IMG/VR virus record: IMGVR_UViG_3300014655_000006 | Span: 1-34,622 of that record | From: a virus | Lineage: Duplodnaviria > Caudoviricetes | Direction: 5' to 3' (one strand) | DNA length: 34,622 bases | Shown here: in pieces, positions 27,001-34,622 of the stretch | How the letters are laid out: each line of letters begins with the position of its first letter | Position numbering within the stretch: the stretch's first letter is position 1 | Notes under the pieces: model-generated | What the model was told of the DNA's origin: nothing | The model's database searches: none | What the model saw: only the letters and a program-made list of their open reading frames with translations | Position numbers and translations under genes: made by a program

Positions 27001-28697
27001 GACAGTTCAGCGGCGGCGGACCGTACGTCAGGTTCCCTGGCACGACCATCAACAGCTCGTTCATCCTCACCACCCCTTCCGCCCACGGCTTCGTGGCGGG
27101 GGACTACGTCTACATCTCCTCGGCCGCCAGCTACGGAGGTTACGTGAACCTGTGGAAGGTGGCAACGGTTCCCTCGGCTACCACAATGACCCTGGGTCCC
27201 ATCTCCGCAGGACCCTCCCCCATCTACTACGGCACCGACACGGTCGAGCTGGACTCCATCAGCTCCTGCGCCCACCTCGGACGCAACGGCCTGGTCACGG
27301 AGAGCTCCTTCGAGAACCTCATCTTCAACACCTCGGGCACCATGGTCCTGGGATGCTGCGGCATGCACCTTGACGGGTTCCCCGGCTCGGTACAGGGCTG
27401 CAACTTCACCAACATCTGGAACGACTACGGGTACATGGGCATCTTCGGTCACGGACAGGTGGGCGGATCAGGGTCGGGGTTCTGCGGCTCGGGCGGCCTG
27501 GTCGTCCAGTCCTTCACCAGCAACGCCTCCTCGTTCACCTGCACGCAGCTGGGGCTTGCCCCTGGCACGGGCGTCAACTACCTCACCCCTGGAATGTTCG
27601 TTCAGGTCTCCGGACCTGGAGCCTACGCTGGACTGTGGCAGGTTGCATCCACGAACCAGAGCGCCAACTCCTACACCGTTCTCACCAACATCAACCCTGG
27701 AACCGCCTCGGGAGGAGCCTCCACCCGCTTCGCATGGGCCCTCACCAACTCGGTCATGGGAGACTGCATCACCAACGCCACGGGTGGCATCGCCAACGTC
27801 AACCCGTACTACATGGGACACCGCTTCGAGGGGTGCCTCAACATGGACCTGGTGGGCGCCGTCAACGGTCCCATCACCATCTCCGACGGACAGCCTGGAC
27901 TCCTTAGGGGACAGGGCTATCCGGTTGGAGACTTCCGCATCCAGGGCACGGTAGGACAGAACGAGCGTGAGATCACCGCCAACTACCTCGGCTCCCAGGC
28001 CGGAGCAGGGCAGATCTACGGCATCACCTACGACGGGGCCAACCTGTACAACTGCCACGCCGACAACCCCAGCATCGGGTACTCCAACACTCCGATCAAC
28101 ATGATCAACGGGGCCTCGTGCGACTGCGGCCTCACGGCCCTGTACCGCACTCCCACGGGAGGGTTGGTCTGGTTCGGCAACGCCATCTCGTACGACGGCA
28201 ACGGCAGCAACCCCGGCAATGCCACGCTGAACGTCATTAACGCCAACAACCTCTATGCAACCGTCGGCGCCGCCGCCACTTCCGGTGGATCCCCCAACGC
28301 CAACGTGGGAATCCTGGCTGTGGGTGAGAATCAGGCCGGTGCACTCAAGTTCTTCCCCCTGGGGCACAACCAGAGCAGCTATCCTATCTCGGGATACCCG
28401 ACCACCGGCACCGCCAGTATAGATGTGGGGGGGCAGCCAAACCTGTACCTCAAGGTTGCAGCCGGCTCCTGGACCTTCAACAGGGTTGGTGACATGGCGG
28501 ACGGAGGCGTCCTGTTTGTGTGCATCGAGAACGATGGATCTGGAGCCACCACCCTCAGCTGGCCCTCGTGGAAGTACAGCGCCGGAAGGACCCTTCCCAC
28601 CTCACTGGCTGCCGGTGCCGTGCTGCTGTTCAAGATCCGTTGCTACGGCAGGGACTATTTCACCACCACCGACTCCAACTACTACGTCGAGTACTAA
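24060..28697 (+). CDS. large fibre/tailspike with collagen-like repeats and a pectin-lyase-like beta-helix
   Basis: Gly-X-Thr/Ser triplets, four ~80-aa beta modules, tailspike-type GDG.G..Y modules, NILWFGA...DTT...GGAIYVPAGSY...ITIVGDG beta-helix entry. Confidence 0.8.
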   Translation: MSLYPIPNIPNTRLLPLGADYMEIGQSGVAGISGSFRILANEFVVAVQNIGVLESLPVTGVTEGTLVLAEGAVSMGDGNGALYYYNPYSSATPDGVNILAPAVGSGRWLIVKLLASGATGPVGATGPTGVQGVTGVQGVTGASGPSGPAGSTGPAGSTGASGPSGPSGPSGGVGAAGSATFLQSNFTPPNTIGGSGTMNVYSSSIFGVGQEIFVFNSGYYTVTAVSSGFVTATQLTVVATPSYCPAGTSVLVAGSQGPVGAPGTGNNGYGITMPYTFPLTTTIGGTSPISFESGGENLSVGQWVWVPGSGYWTVISIFAGIYTLELQYTVTSPISTLPANSIISIAGPQGIQGISGPTGATGPAGVNGFSTSTASSTPPSTSGNSFTISVDSSSLFNLNETVYVLGSGYYHVTGIATGSLTLTLDLALYTPSTLPIGTTVQSCGPQGVTGVTGPSGATGAASTIPGATGATGPSGANGLNGYAFLTSIVSTPSTIGTIISGVTVTNLAIFPVGTTVLLGGSGYYLVTSNSGGTLSLQLQYIISSGLFTPGTLIMVSGPVGVTGASGATGASGAAGSNGSNGATGATGPSGVAGGVGATGATGATGASGAGVLATLPNLAALRALSGMTDGQTAITQGYSLHDDGGGSTWYYKATDNYSQDNGGTLIAGNTQTWSDLVIWTAGQVVVVNNVIAAQYYNIATGGIVTAPGTYLCVTTHNPGTYGNSFAAALTAGVWTTTQVTGYWHKDDVVTSQSAGAGVGTYPPAKMNILWFGANNNTGGPASSGYPDTTPVMYDAWFACHIANGSFGGGAIYVPAGSYRMWTQFLVTAPNNDITIVGDGSAASNLIYCFQVSGQNSLLNLTSSFTIDIHNVGITVANVTGTLVGSTNIISVTAPNIVMDDVVGSGLAGNFLNVNAGGGQGVTISNIFTANGGTGAYTDGSLPAPQLYIQNAGGTIMNVNMNTSNCPALVITGCDALKMSTGQFSGGGPYVRFPGTTINSSFILTTPSAHGFVAGDYVYISSAASYGGYVNLWKVATVPSATTMTLGPISAGPSPIYYGTDTVELDSISSCAHLGRNGLVTESSFENLIFNTSGTMVLGCCGMHLDGFPGSVQGCNFTNIWNDYGYMGIFGHGQVGGSGSGFCGSGGLVVQSFTSNASSFTCTQLGLAPGTGVNYLTPGMFVQVSGPGAYAGLWQVASTNQSANSYTVLTNINPGTASGGASTRFAWALTNSVMGDCITNATGGIANVNPYYMGHRFEGCLNMDLVGAVNGPITISDGQPGLLRGQGYPVGDFRIQGTVGQNEREITANYLGSQAGAGQIYGITYDGANLYNCHADNPSIGYSNTPINMINGASCDCGLTALYRTPTGGLVWFGNAISYDGNGSNPGNATLNVINANNLYATVGAAATSGGSPNANVGILAVGENQAGALKFFPLGHNQSSYPISGYPTTGTASIDVGGQPNLYLKVAAGSWTFNRVGDMADGGVLFVCIENDGSGATTLSWPSWKYSAGRTLPTSLAAGAVLLFKIRCYGRDYFTTTDSNYYVEY

Positions 28698-28711
28698 GAT
28701 TGGCTCCTAAG

Positions 28712-28722
28712 CCGATAATATA
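28712..28722 (+). promoter_or_regulatory. putative late promoter CCGATAATATA
   Basis: GCCGATAATATA; A at +14 (28726, in-frame ATC), ATG at 28729. Confidence 0.8.
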
Positions 28723-28728
28723 GGTATC

Positions 28729-31700
28729 ATGCTGAACCTGTATGTCATGGGGTCCAATCCGGTCACGGCCTCGCTCATCGCGTCGCCCACGGACACATCT
28801 CCTGTACAGATCCCCCCGTACTGCTTCGGGGATCAGATCGAGGTCATCTGCCAGTTCTTCATCCCTCCCTCGGTCAACAACATAGGGGTCCCCACCCTTG
28901 AGCCGTGGAACGGAGACTCCGCCTATCAGGTCCAGCTGTTCTTCAACGACCAGGTGCTTGGCACCATGGCCGGCCTCACCCTGACCCCCGACCCGGTCAA
29001 CCAGTGGTTCAAGGGCTACCTCAACCGCGGCACGGAGCCCCTGCAGAGCCTCTTCCTGAACAACGGGAACGTCCCTGCAAGCCTCTCGGCGGCCATCATC
29101 GTCACCAAGCTGACGCCAAACACCTACCAGCGCGCCTACAGCATCGGGCCGGCCACCATCCTCTTCAACGTCGTCCCTGGCCTTGTACCGGTGCCCCTGG
29201 GGCTTCAGTACTACGATGAGGCTCAGGTTGACGCGCTCATCGCGGCCATTCCTGCGGGAGCTACGGGACCCACTGGTGCCACGGGAGTTACGGGAGCCAC
29301 TGGTGCCTCGGGCCCGCAGGGCAACACCGTTATCGGGCCAACGGGCCCGCAGGGACAGCAGGGACCTACGGGACCATCTGGCTTGCAAGGAGTTACGGGC
29401 GTCACGGGCGTTACCGGAGTTACGGGCCCCAGCGGCGCTGCGGGGGTTACGGGAGCCTCTGGTGCGCAGGGCGTTACCGGAGTTACGGGCCCGAGCGGAG
29501 TCGCCGGAGTTACGGGCGTCACGGGCCCGAGCGGAGTCGCCGGAGTTACGGGCGTCACGGGCCCGAGCGGAGTCGCCGGAGTTACGGGACCATCTGGTGC
29601 GCAGGGAGTTACAGGTCCAACGGGCCCTGCGGGAGTTGCGGGCGCCACGGGCCCAAGCGGAGCCACGGGAGTTTCCGGAGCCTCGGGCAGCCAGGGCGTG
29701 ACCGGTGTCACGGGAGTTACGGGACCATCTGGTGCAGAGGGAGTTACGGGCCCAACGGGCCCTGCGGGAGTTGCGGGCGCCACGGGAGTTACGGGAGCCA
29801 CGGGCGCCTCGGGGGTCACCCCCACCGGCACGCCCATCTACCAGAGCAGCTGGGACCCCTCCACGAACACGCCAACCCTACCCCTGACCCCTTCGGGCAG
29901 CATGGCGGGTGACTACTGGGTAGCGAGCGCCAGCGGCACCTTTGCCGGCCTGACGTTCAACCCGATGGACTGGATCATCGACAACGGCGGAGTCTGGGGC
30001 AAGGTCGCAGGCAACACCGTTGCAGGGCCTACCGGAGTTACGGGCCCGAGCGGCGCGTCGGGTGCCGTGGGAGCCACGGGACCATCTGGTGTACAAGGAG
30101 TTACAGGCCCGAGCGGGGTTGCCGGAGCCACGGGCCCGAGCGGGGTTGCGGGCCCGAGCGGCGCGTCGGGTGCCGTGGGAGCCACGGGACCATCTGGTGC
30201 CCAAGGAGTTACGGGCCCTAGCGGAGCCAACGGCAGCAACGGTGCCACGGGTGCCACGGGACCGTCTGGTGTACAAGGAGTTACGGGCGCCACGGGCCCG
30301 AGCGGAGCGTCGGGTTCCTTGGGGCCACTGTCCGACAGTTCTGTTACCTTCACGGCCGCCGCAGTATCCACGAGCAACATCTCCTCCTTCCCCCCTACTA
30401 CACAGATCTCTGTGGATGGGCATTACACACAGACGGGAGACGTCATCCTGTTGGAGGGTCAGACAACCACATCCCAGAATGGTCTCTGGCTGGTAGGGCC
30501 TGCTACATGGACACGCCCCTCCTTCTTCCCCAGCGGGGGAACGATGAACAACAACATCAACGTCACCATCTGTACCGGAACCGTTTACCTGGGGTCTATG
30601 TGGACCATGTACGGACCTGGAACCGTCATTGATACGAACCCCATCACTGTAACCCTTCTTCAGCCCCCCACCCCAGCCCTTCTTAACAGCGGAGTACCCT
30701 ACTCTGCCCTAGTAGTTGCTACCTCCAACGTGGCTACCCTATCGGGAAGTGTCGCCATAGATGGTGTAACAACCTACGGAGGGTCCTTGGTCCTCTTGAC
30801 GGCACAGACCACCACCTCTCAGAACGGCCTGTGGCAGACCACCTACCCCCTTCCCCTTGGGGCTTGGACTAGGCCATCCTGCTTCCCCTCGGGCGGCCGC
30901 ATCACCACCAGCTACATCAACGTATCCATCTCCGCTGGTACGGTGTACGAAGGAAGTACGTGGGCCATAAGTGGTGTGATCATCGACACTAACCCCATCA
31001 CCGTTACGCAAATTGCCCAGTCACAGGGTCCAACGGGTGCTACGGGACCGTCTGGTGCCCAAGGAGTTACGGGCCCGAGCGGCGCTGCCGGAGCCACGGG
31101 CCCAACCGGAGTTACGGGCCCGCAGGGAAACACCGTCATCGGGCCAACGGGCCCGTCGGGCGGAGTGGGCGCCACGGGCCCAGTGGGTGCCACGGGAAGT
31201 GTGGGAGCCTCTGGTGCGCAGGGAGTTACGGGGGCCTCGGGCCCAAGCGGCGTCCAGGGCGTTACCGGAGCCACGGGCCCGACGGGCTCGGCCTCGGTCA
31301 TTCCTGGCGCCACGGGAGCCACGGGAGCTACGGGACCGTCTGGTGCCCAAGGAGTTACGGGACCACAGGGCCCAACGGGCTCAACCAACGGCATGGTAAC
31401 TGTCAAGGTAGCCTCCCTCACCAATCAAACTCTGTCCGGTACTCCCACTATCAACGGAGTGACCACTGCCGCGGGTGACCTTGTCCTACTCTTGGCCCAG
31501 ACAAACGCCGTACAGAACGGCGTATGGCAGGTTTTCTCCAGCGGGTGGATAAGGACCGCAGTGTTCGCTACCGGCATGGTTCTTCAGGTCCAGGGCTTTG
31601 GTGGAATTGTTCAGCAGGGGGTGTACGGCGGCATCTACTACGGTGCCGTATGGTATATCGGCGGGGGGGCGGGCTCTACGGTCACCGTGGATACAGACCC

Positions 31701-32259
31701 TCTCACCATTACACTTTCCTACCAGATAGGACAGGTAGGTGCCACGGGCCCAAGCGGTGCCACGGGACCGTCTGGTGTACAAGGAGTTACGGGAGCCACG
31801 GGCCCAAGCGGTGCCACGGGCCCCACAGGGGCGGGAGTCACGGGAGTTACGGGAGTTACGGGAGCCTCGGGCCCGACAGGACCAAGCGGAGCCAACTACT
31901 CGGGCTCCACGGTCAACGCCTTCACGGCGCAGCAGTACTTCACTGAGTACGCCCTTACCGATGCCAGCCCCATCGCGTGGAACTTGGACGTGGCCCAAAG
32001 CGCCTACGTCCTCCTGACCTCGGCCGTCGGAGCCACGCGTCAGCTGCAGAACCCCACCAACATGCAGGCTGGGGCCACCTACATGTTGCGTGTGAAGCAG
32101 TCCTCCACCGGATCCAACGCACTGACCTACGGCACCGCCTACCTCTTCCCCGGAGGGATCAAGCCTGTCCTCTCGACGGCCAACAACGCACTTGATGTAC
32201 TGTCGTTTTACTGCGACGGAACCAACATGTACGGAACTGCACTGCAGACCTTCTCATAA
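28729..32259 (+). CDS. collagen-like fibre protein
   Basis: Long G-X-T/G-P-S tracts separated by three ..IDG....GD.VLL..QT...QNG.W modules and a C-terminal LTDASPIAW...PTN...G..Y.L..KQ..TG beta domain. Confidence 0.8.
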   Translation: MLNLYVMGSNPVTASLIASPTDTSPVQIPPYCFGDQIEVICQFFIPPSVNNIGVPTLEPWNGDSAYQVQLFFNDQVLGTMAGLTLTPDPVNQWFKGYLNRGTEPLQSLFLNNGNVPASLSAAIIVTKLTPNTYQRAYSIGPATILFNVVPGLVPVPLGLQYYDEAQVDALIAAIPAGATGPTGATGVTGATGASGPQGNTVIGPTGPQGQQGPTGPSGLQGVTGVTGVTGVTGPSGAAGVTGASGAQGVTGVTGPSGVAGVTGVTGPSGVAGVTGVTGPSGVAGVTGPSGAQGVTGPTGPAGVAGATGPSGATGVSGASGSQGVTGVTGVTGPSGAEGVTGPTGPAGVAGATGVTGATGASGVTPTGTPIYQSSWDPSTNTPTLPLTPSGSMAGDYWVASASGTFAGLTFNPMDWIIDNGGVWGKVAGNTVAGPTGVTGPSGASGAVGATGPSGVQGVTGPSGVAGATGPSGVAGPSGASGAVGATGPSGAQGVTGPSGANGSNGATGATGPSGVQGVTGATGPSGASGSLGPLSDSSVTFTAAAVSTSNISSFPPTTQISVDGHYTQTGDVILLEGQTTTSQNGLWLVGPATWTRPSFFPSGGTMNNNINVTICTGTVYLGSMWTMYGPGTVIDTNPITVTLLQPPTPALLNSGVPYSALVVATSNVATLSGSVAIDGVTTYGGSLVLLTAQTTTSQNGLWQTTYPLPLGAWTRPSCFPSGGRITTSYINVSISAGTVYEGSTWAISGVIIDTNPITVTQIAQSQGPTGATGPSGAQGVTGPSGAAGATGPTGVTGPQGNTVIGPTGPSGGVGATGPVGATGSVGASGAQGVTGASGPSGVQGVTGATGPTGSASVIPGATGATGATGPSGAQGVTGPQGPTGSTNGMVTVKVASLTNQTLSGTPTINGVTTAAGDLVLLLAQTNAVQNGVWQVFSSGWIRTAVFATGMVLQVQGFGGIVQQGVYGGIYYGAVWYIGGGAGSTVTVDTDPLTITLSYQIGQVGATGPSGATGPSGVQGVTGATGPSGATGPTGAGVTGVTGVTGASGPTGPSGANYSGSTVNAFTAQQYFTEYALTDASPIAWNLDVAQSAYVLLTSAVGATRQLQNPTNMQAGATYMLRVKQSSTGSNALTYGTAYLFPGGIKPVLSTANNALDVLSFYCDGTNMYGTALQTFS
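29485..29588 (+). repeat. 36-bp perfect tandem repeat, about 2.9 copies
   Basis: ACGGGCCCGAGCGGAGTCGCCGGAGTTACGGGCGTC at 29485, 29521 and partially at 29557. Confidence 0.9.
30041..30199 (+). repeat. 51-bp exact direct repeat, 108 bp apart
   Basis: CGGGCCCGAGCGGCGCGTCGGGTGCCGTGGGAGCCACGGGACCATCTGGTG at 30041-30091 and 30149-30199. Confidence 0.9.
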
Positions 32260-32260
32260 G

Positions 32261-33034
32261 ATGCACACCTTTCCTGTAGCCTATTGGGGAAATAACCTTC
32301 ACAAGGCCAACTGCCTGGGGTGGTGGAGCTTTTCGAGCGGAGCCACCCTGACGGACTCCTCTGGAAACGGAAACAGTCTGACGGTACAGAACGCCGGGTC
32401 CGGCAACCAGAGCACCTCTTCAGGCTTTGAAGGTTACGGGTGGAATTTTGGAGCCGGATCAGACAACACCAACCTTTATACGGCCGTCAACTCGGCTTTC
32501 GCCCCCTCCACCTCCAAGTCCATTTCGGTTGTGGGCTGGGTGAAGCTGGGCGGGGGAACTTCCACGGAGGCCTACAACAGCATCTTTGGCCTGGGTCCTG
32601 ACATCACCAGGGGAAGCGGGGGTTACGCTCCGGCCCTCACCTGGCAGATCCACGCTAATGCCTCTTCTGTTTACACCTCCGCGCAGCTGGTCTACCTGTC
32701 CGGAGCTTCGTCGCAAGCCACATCAGGGGCTCCTCTTCCTCCTGTAGGTTCCTGGGCCATGATCGCCATGGGGTGGGATGCCGTTCAGAGCAAATACTGG
32801 TCCTGGTGCTCTAGCAGTTTGACCGCCAAGACCCTTTCAGGTGTTATCACCCTCTACGCACCTCCCAACCCACGCCTCCAGATAGGCTCCATTGGAAGCA
32901 CGGGCGCTTTCGACCAGTGCCCGGGTGCTGTTGTGGACGAGGTCAGCGTCTGGAATGTGCCCCTGAGCATCGCCCAGCTCCAGTGGCTGTACAACAACGG
33001 ATCCGGCCGGCAGTACAGCGGTTTGCTCACCTAA
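32261..33034 (+). CDS. LamG/concanavalin A-like lectin domain protein
   Basis: GWWSF..G....DSSGNGN, SISVVGWVK, VDEVSVWNVPLS..QLQWLYNNG signatures; start moved to ATG 32261. Confidence 0.85.
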   Translation: MHTFPVAYWGNNLHKANCLGWWSFSSGATLTDSSGNGNSLTVQNAGSGNQSTSSGFEGYGWNFGAGSDNTNLYTAVNSAFAPSTSKSISVVGWVKLGGGTSTEAYNSIFGLGPDITRGSGGYAPALTWQIHANASSVYTSAQLVYLSGASSQATSGAPLPPVGSWAMIAMGWDAVQSKYWSWCSSSLTAKTLSGVITLYAPPNPRLQIGSIGSTGAFDQCPGAVVDEVSVWNVPLSIAQLQWLYNNGSGRQYSGLLT

Positions 33035-33035
33035 G

Positions 33036-33046
33036 CCGATACTATT
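33036..33046 (+). promoter_or_regulatory. putative late promoter, variant CCGATACTATT
   Basis: GCCGATACTATT; ATG at +14 (33050). Confidence 0.75.
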
Positions 33047-33049
33047 ACC

Positions 33050-33871
33050 ATGGCAACACGCCCCACACGCATCACCCAGAAGATCTTCGCAGCAGCCTCC
33101 GCAGCCGCCCCCACGGGGCTGATGGGGGAGTTCGGCAGCGCCGTGGTTGTCCCTGGAGGCACCTTCTCGGGAGACCCTGCTGCCATCATGGGCACGGCGG
33201 CATGGAACACGGGCCTGCAGGCGGCGTTTGTACCCACCTCCCAGAACAGCCCGTTCTGGCAGGACTGGCAGGGCGCCTGGTTCTCCATCACCCGCCAGCT
33301 GGACTACACCATGCGCTTCGGCATCCCCGAGTACGACCCTGGCACCACCTACTTCATCGGGTGCATCTGCAACACCCTTGGGTTCTCCGCAAGCCAGATC
33401 ACGGGCGGCCTGTGGGTCTGCGTCAACGACAACGGCGGCACGGGCCAGTCAGGCAACACGCCCGCCGTTGGATCAGGTTACTGGGCATCGCTGGTGAGCC
33501 CCCAGAACAACAGCTTCCAGTGCAAGGCGTTCGGCAACTTCTACGGCAACCCCGCCTCGGGTGGTCCAGGATGGCGCACCGAGGGCAACTTCCTCACCTC
33601 CATCACGCGCTCCGGTCCTGGCCTGTACACGGTCTACTTCGGCCTGAACAACGTGCCGGCCCAGTTCTCCGATGTCAACTATTCGGCCACCTGTTCGGCG
33701 GGGGATGCGGAGAACGCGTACCTTGTGCGCGAGGTCAGCAGGACCCGCTCGTCCATCACCTACCAGGTGAACGGCGGAGCTGGGTTCAACCACAACAACA
33801 ACTCCACCCCCGTTGACTCGGACAGCGTGAACATCCAGGTGTTCAGCAACGAAAGTTTGTCGCTGATTTAA
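33050..33871 (+). CDS. short baseplate-attached tail fibre protein
   Basis: RITQKIFA, FGS, PFWQDWQG..FSITRQLDY....GIPEYD..TTYFIG N-terminal attachment pattern; C-terminal SITRSGPGLYTVYF domain. Confidence 0.7.
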   Translation: MATRPTRITQKIFAAASAAAPTGLMGEFGSAVVVPGGTFSGDPAAIMGTAAWNTGLQAAFVPTSQNSPFWQDWQGAWFSITRQLDYTMRFGIPEYDPGTTYFIGCICNTLGFSASQITGGLWVCVNDNGGTGQSGNTPAVGSGYWASLVSPQNNSFQCKAFGNFYGNPASGGPGWRTEGNFLTSITRSGPGLYTVYFGLNNVPAQFSDVNYSATCSAGDAENAYLVREVSRTRSSITYQVNGGAGFNHNNNSTPVDSDSVNIQVFSNESLSLI

Positions 33872-33900
33872 GTGACAGACAAGAGGCTGCGGAGTATAAC
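33872..33900 (+). promoter_or_regulatory. putative host sigma-70 promoter of the sigma gene
   Basis: GTGACA (33872-33877) - 17 nt - TATAAC (33895-33900), each 5/6 to consensus; ATG 7 nt downstream. Confidence 0.65.
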
Positions 33901-33907
33901 CTGGCCC

Positions 33908-34597
33908 ATGCCTAGTTTTTGTGTCGGGCTGCCCCGTGGTTACAAGCGCTGCGTGCCCACTTACAAGTTGCAGAAGAAGAGGATAAAGAACCTGCGTGGA
34001 CTCACGCTGAAGGAACTCCTCGTTGACGAGCGCTTCAAGAAGAAGATCGTCCGCCTGTGCTACCAGTTCAGCGCCAAGACATGCGGCGCCGTGGACGTGG
34101 AGGAGTTCAAGAGCATAGCCAACTACCAGACGGGGCTGCTCATCCACAAGTACGACAGGAAGCACGGGATGAAGCTCGAACATTTCCTGTACCAGCGCAT
34201 CAAGTGCCGGTTCCTGGACTACCTGAGGGACATAGACCCCATGAGCCGGACGGCCAGGAAGAACAACGAGGAGCCCATCTATATCGTCCCCCTGGAGCCC
34301 CACCACGACACGGAGCAGGAGGTCTACGAGAACAAGGATGTCACGGACCTCCTGAGGGTCATGATGGATGTCCTCAACCCAGTCGAGAGGACCGTCATCA
34401 CGACCAAGCACCTGCGGGGCATGAAATTCCCAGAGGCCGCACGCCAGTGCAACATACCAGTCAAGAAGTTCCGAAAGATGCACGCGCTGGCCATGGAGAG
34501 GATGAGGGCCCGCTACGAGCAGCTTCAGGAGGACAAGGGGCAGCGTTCAGAGGACACCGAGCGACTCTTAAAGGTCGCTCGCACCATGTTCGGATAG
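33908..34597 (+). CDS. RNA polymerase sigma factor, FliA/WhiG (sigma-28)-like
   Basis: Region 2: YDRKHGMKLEHFLYQRIKCRFLDYLRDIDPMSRTARK resembles FliA FD..RG.KF.TYA..RIRGA.LDELR..DW.PRS.R; region 4: LNPVERTVI....LRGMKFPEAARQCNIP....RKMHALAMERMR. Start ATG 33908 preferred to GTG 33872. Confidence 0.85.
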   Translation: MPSFCVGLPRGYKRCVPTYKLQKKRIKNLRGLTLKELLVDERFKKKIVRLCYQFSAKTCGAVDVEEFKSIANYQTGLLIHKYDRKHGMKLEHFLYQRIKCRFLDYLRDIDPMSRTARKNNEEPIYIVPLEPHHDTEQEVYENKDVTDLLRVMMDVLNPVERTVITTKHLRGMKFPEAARQCNIPVKKFRKMHALAMERMRARYEQLQEDKGQRSEDTERLLKVARTMFG

Positions 34598-34602
34598 GTT
34601 AT

Positions 34603-34613
34603 CCGATACTTAG
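34603..34613 (+). promoter_or_regulatory. putative late promoter, variant CCGATACTTAG
   Basis: After the sigma stop; ATG at +14 (34617) begins a gene running off the window. Confidence 0.6.
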
Positions 34614-34622
34614 TGTATGAAC

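Noticed and set aside
4052-28367. Long minus-strand ORFs (e.g. 4052-5515, 10635-11507, 21737-23053, 26310-27452, 27468-28367)
   Set aside because: Antisense shadows of well-supported + strand genes caused by GC-rich codon bias; no motifs.
29485-29588. CRISPR-like 36-bp repeats
   Set aside because: No spacers; in-frame coding tandem repeats; no cas genes.
29223-31424. Minus-strand Pro-Val-Ala/Thr repeat ORFs and Arg-rich alternative-frame ORFs
   Set aside because: Frame and strand shadows of the collagen triplet repeats.
28729-33871. Diversity-generating retroelement acting on fibre or lectin genes
   Set aside because: No reverse transcriptase and no adenine-specific template/variable repeat pair seen in the window.
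5716-33907. ORF-track upstream starts (5716, 8279, 11272, 19022, 20239, 21240, 32192, 33872)
   Set aside because: They run through promoter motifs or overlap upstream genes; downstream ATGs fit the fixed spacing or stop-start coupling.
2197-34613. Reading the repeated motif as an ordinary sigma-70 -10 (TAATAT/TACTAT)
   Set aside because: That hexamer ends only 4 nt before the ATG, there is no -35 or TG extension, and the invariant part is CCGATA; less likely, though not excluded.
1-34622. Wholesale TAG reassignment
   Set aside because: Conserved genes are full length in the standard code with tight packing; no gene appears split by an in-frame TAG.

Overview
Window from a GC-rich tailed phage (contractile-tail myovirus type). 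All credible genes lie on the + strand: small accessory genes including a metallophosphoesterase, an amber-anticodon (CUA) tRNA, terminase, DUF1073-type portal, gp7/Mu-F head protein, DUF2213 protease/scaffold, cement and major capsid proteins, neck, sheath/tube, a frameshifting tail chaperone, a short tape measure, baseplate, two giant collagen-containing fibres, a LamG lectin, a short fibre and a sigma factor. The main signal is regulatory. The phage encodes a compact FliA/sigma-28-like sigma factor behind a host sigma-70-type promoter. Twelve copies of CCGATA(A/C)TATA, which matches the sigma-28 -10 box GCCGATAA, precede the structural genes with no shared -35 box. All twelve have an A exactly 14 nt after the first C, and in nine that A begins the ATG. 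This suggests a late programme run by a flagellar-type sigma on -10-only promoters that make leaderless mRNAs. Family assignments come from motif recognition and synteny by eye, not from database searches.
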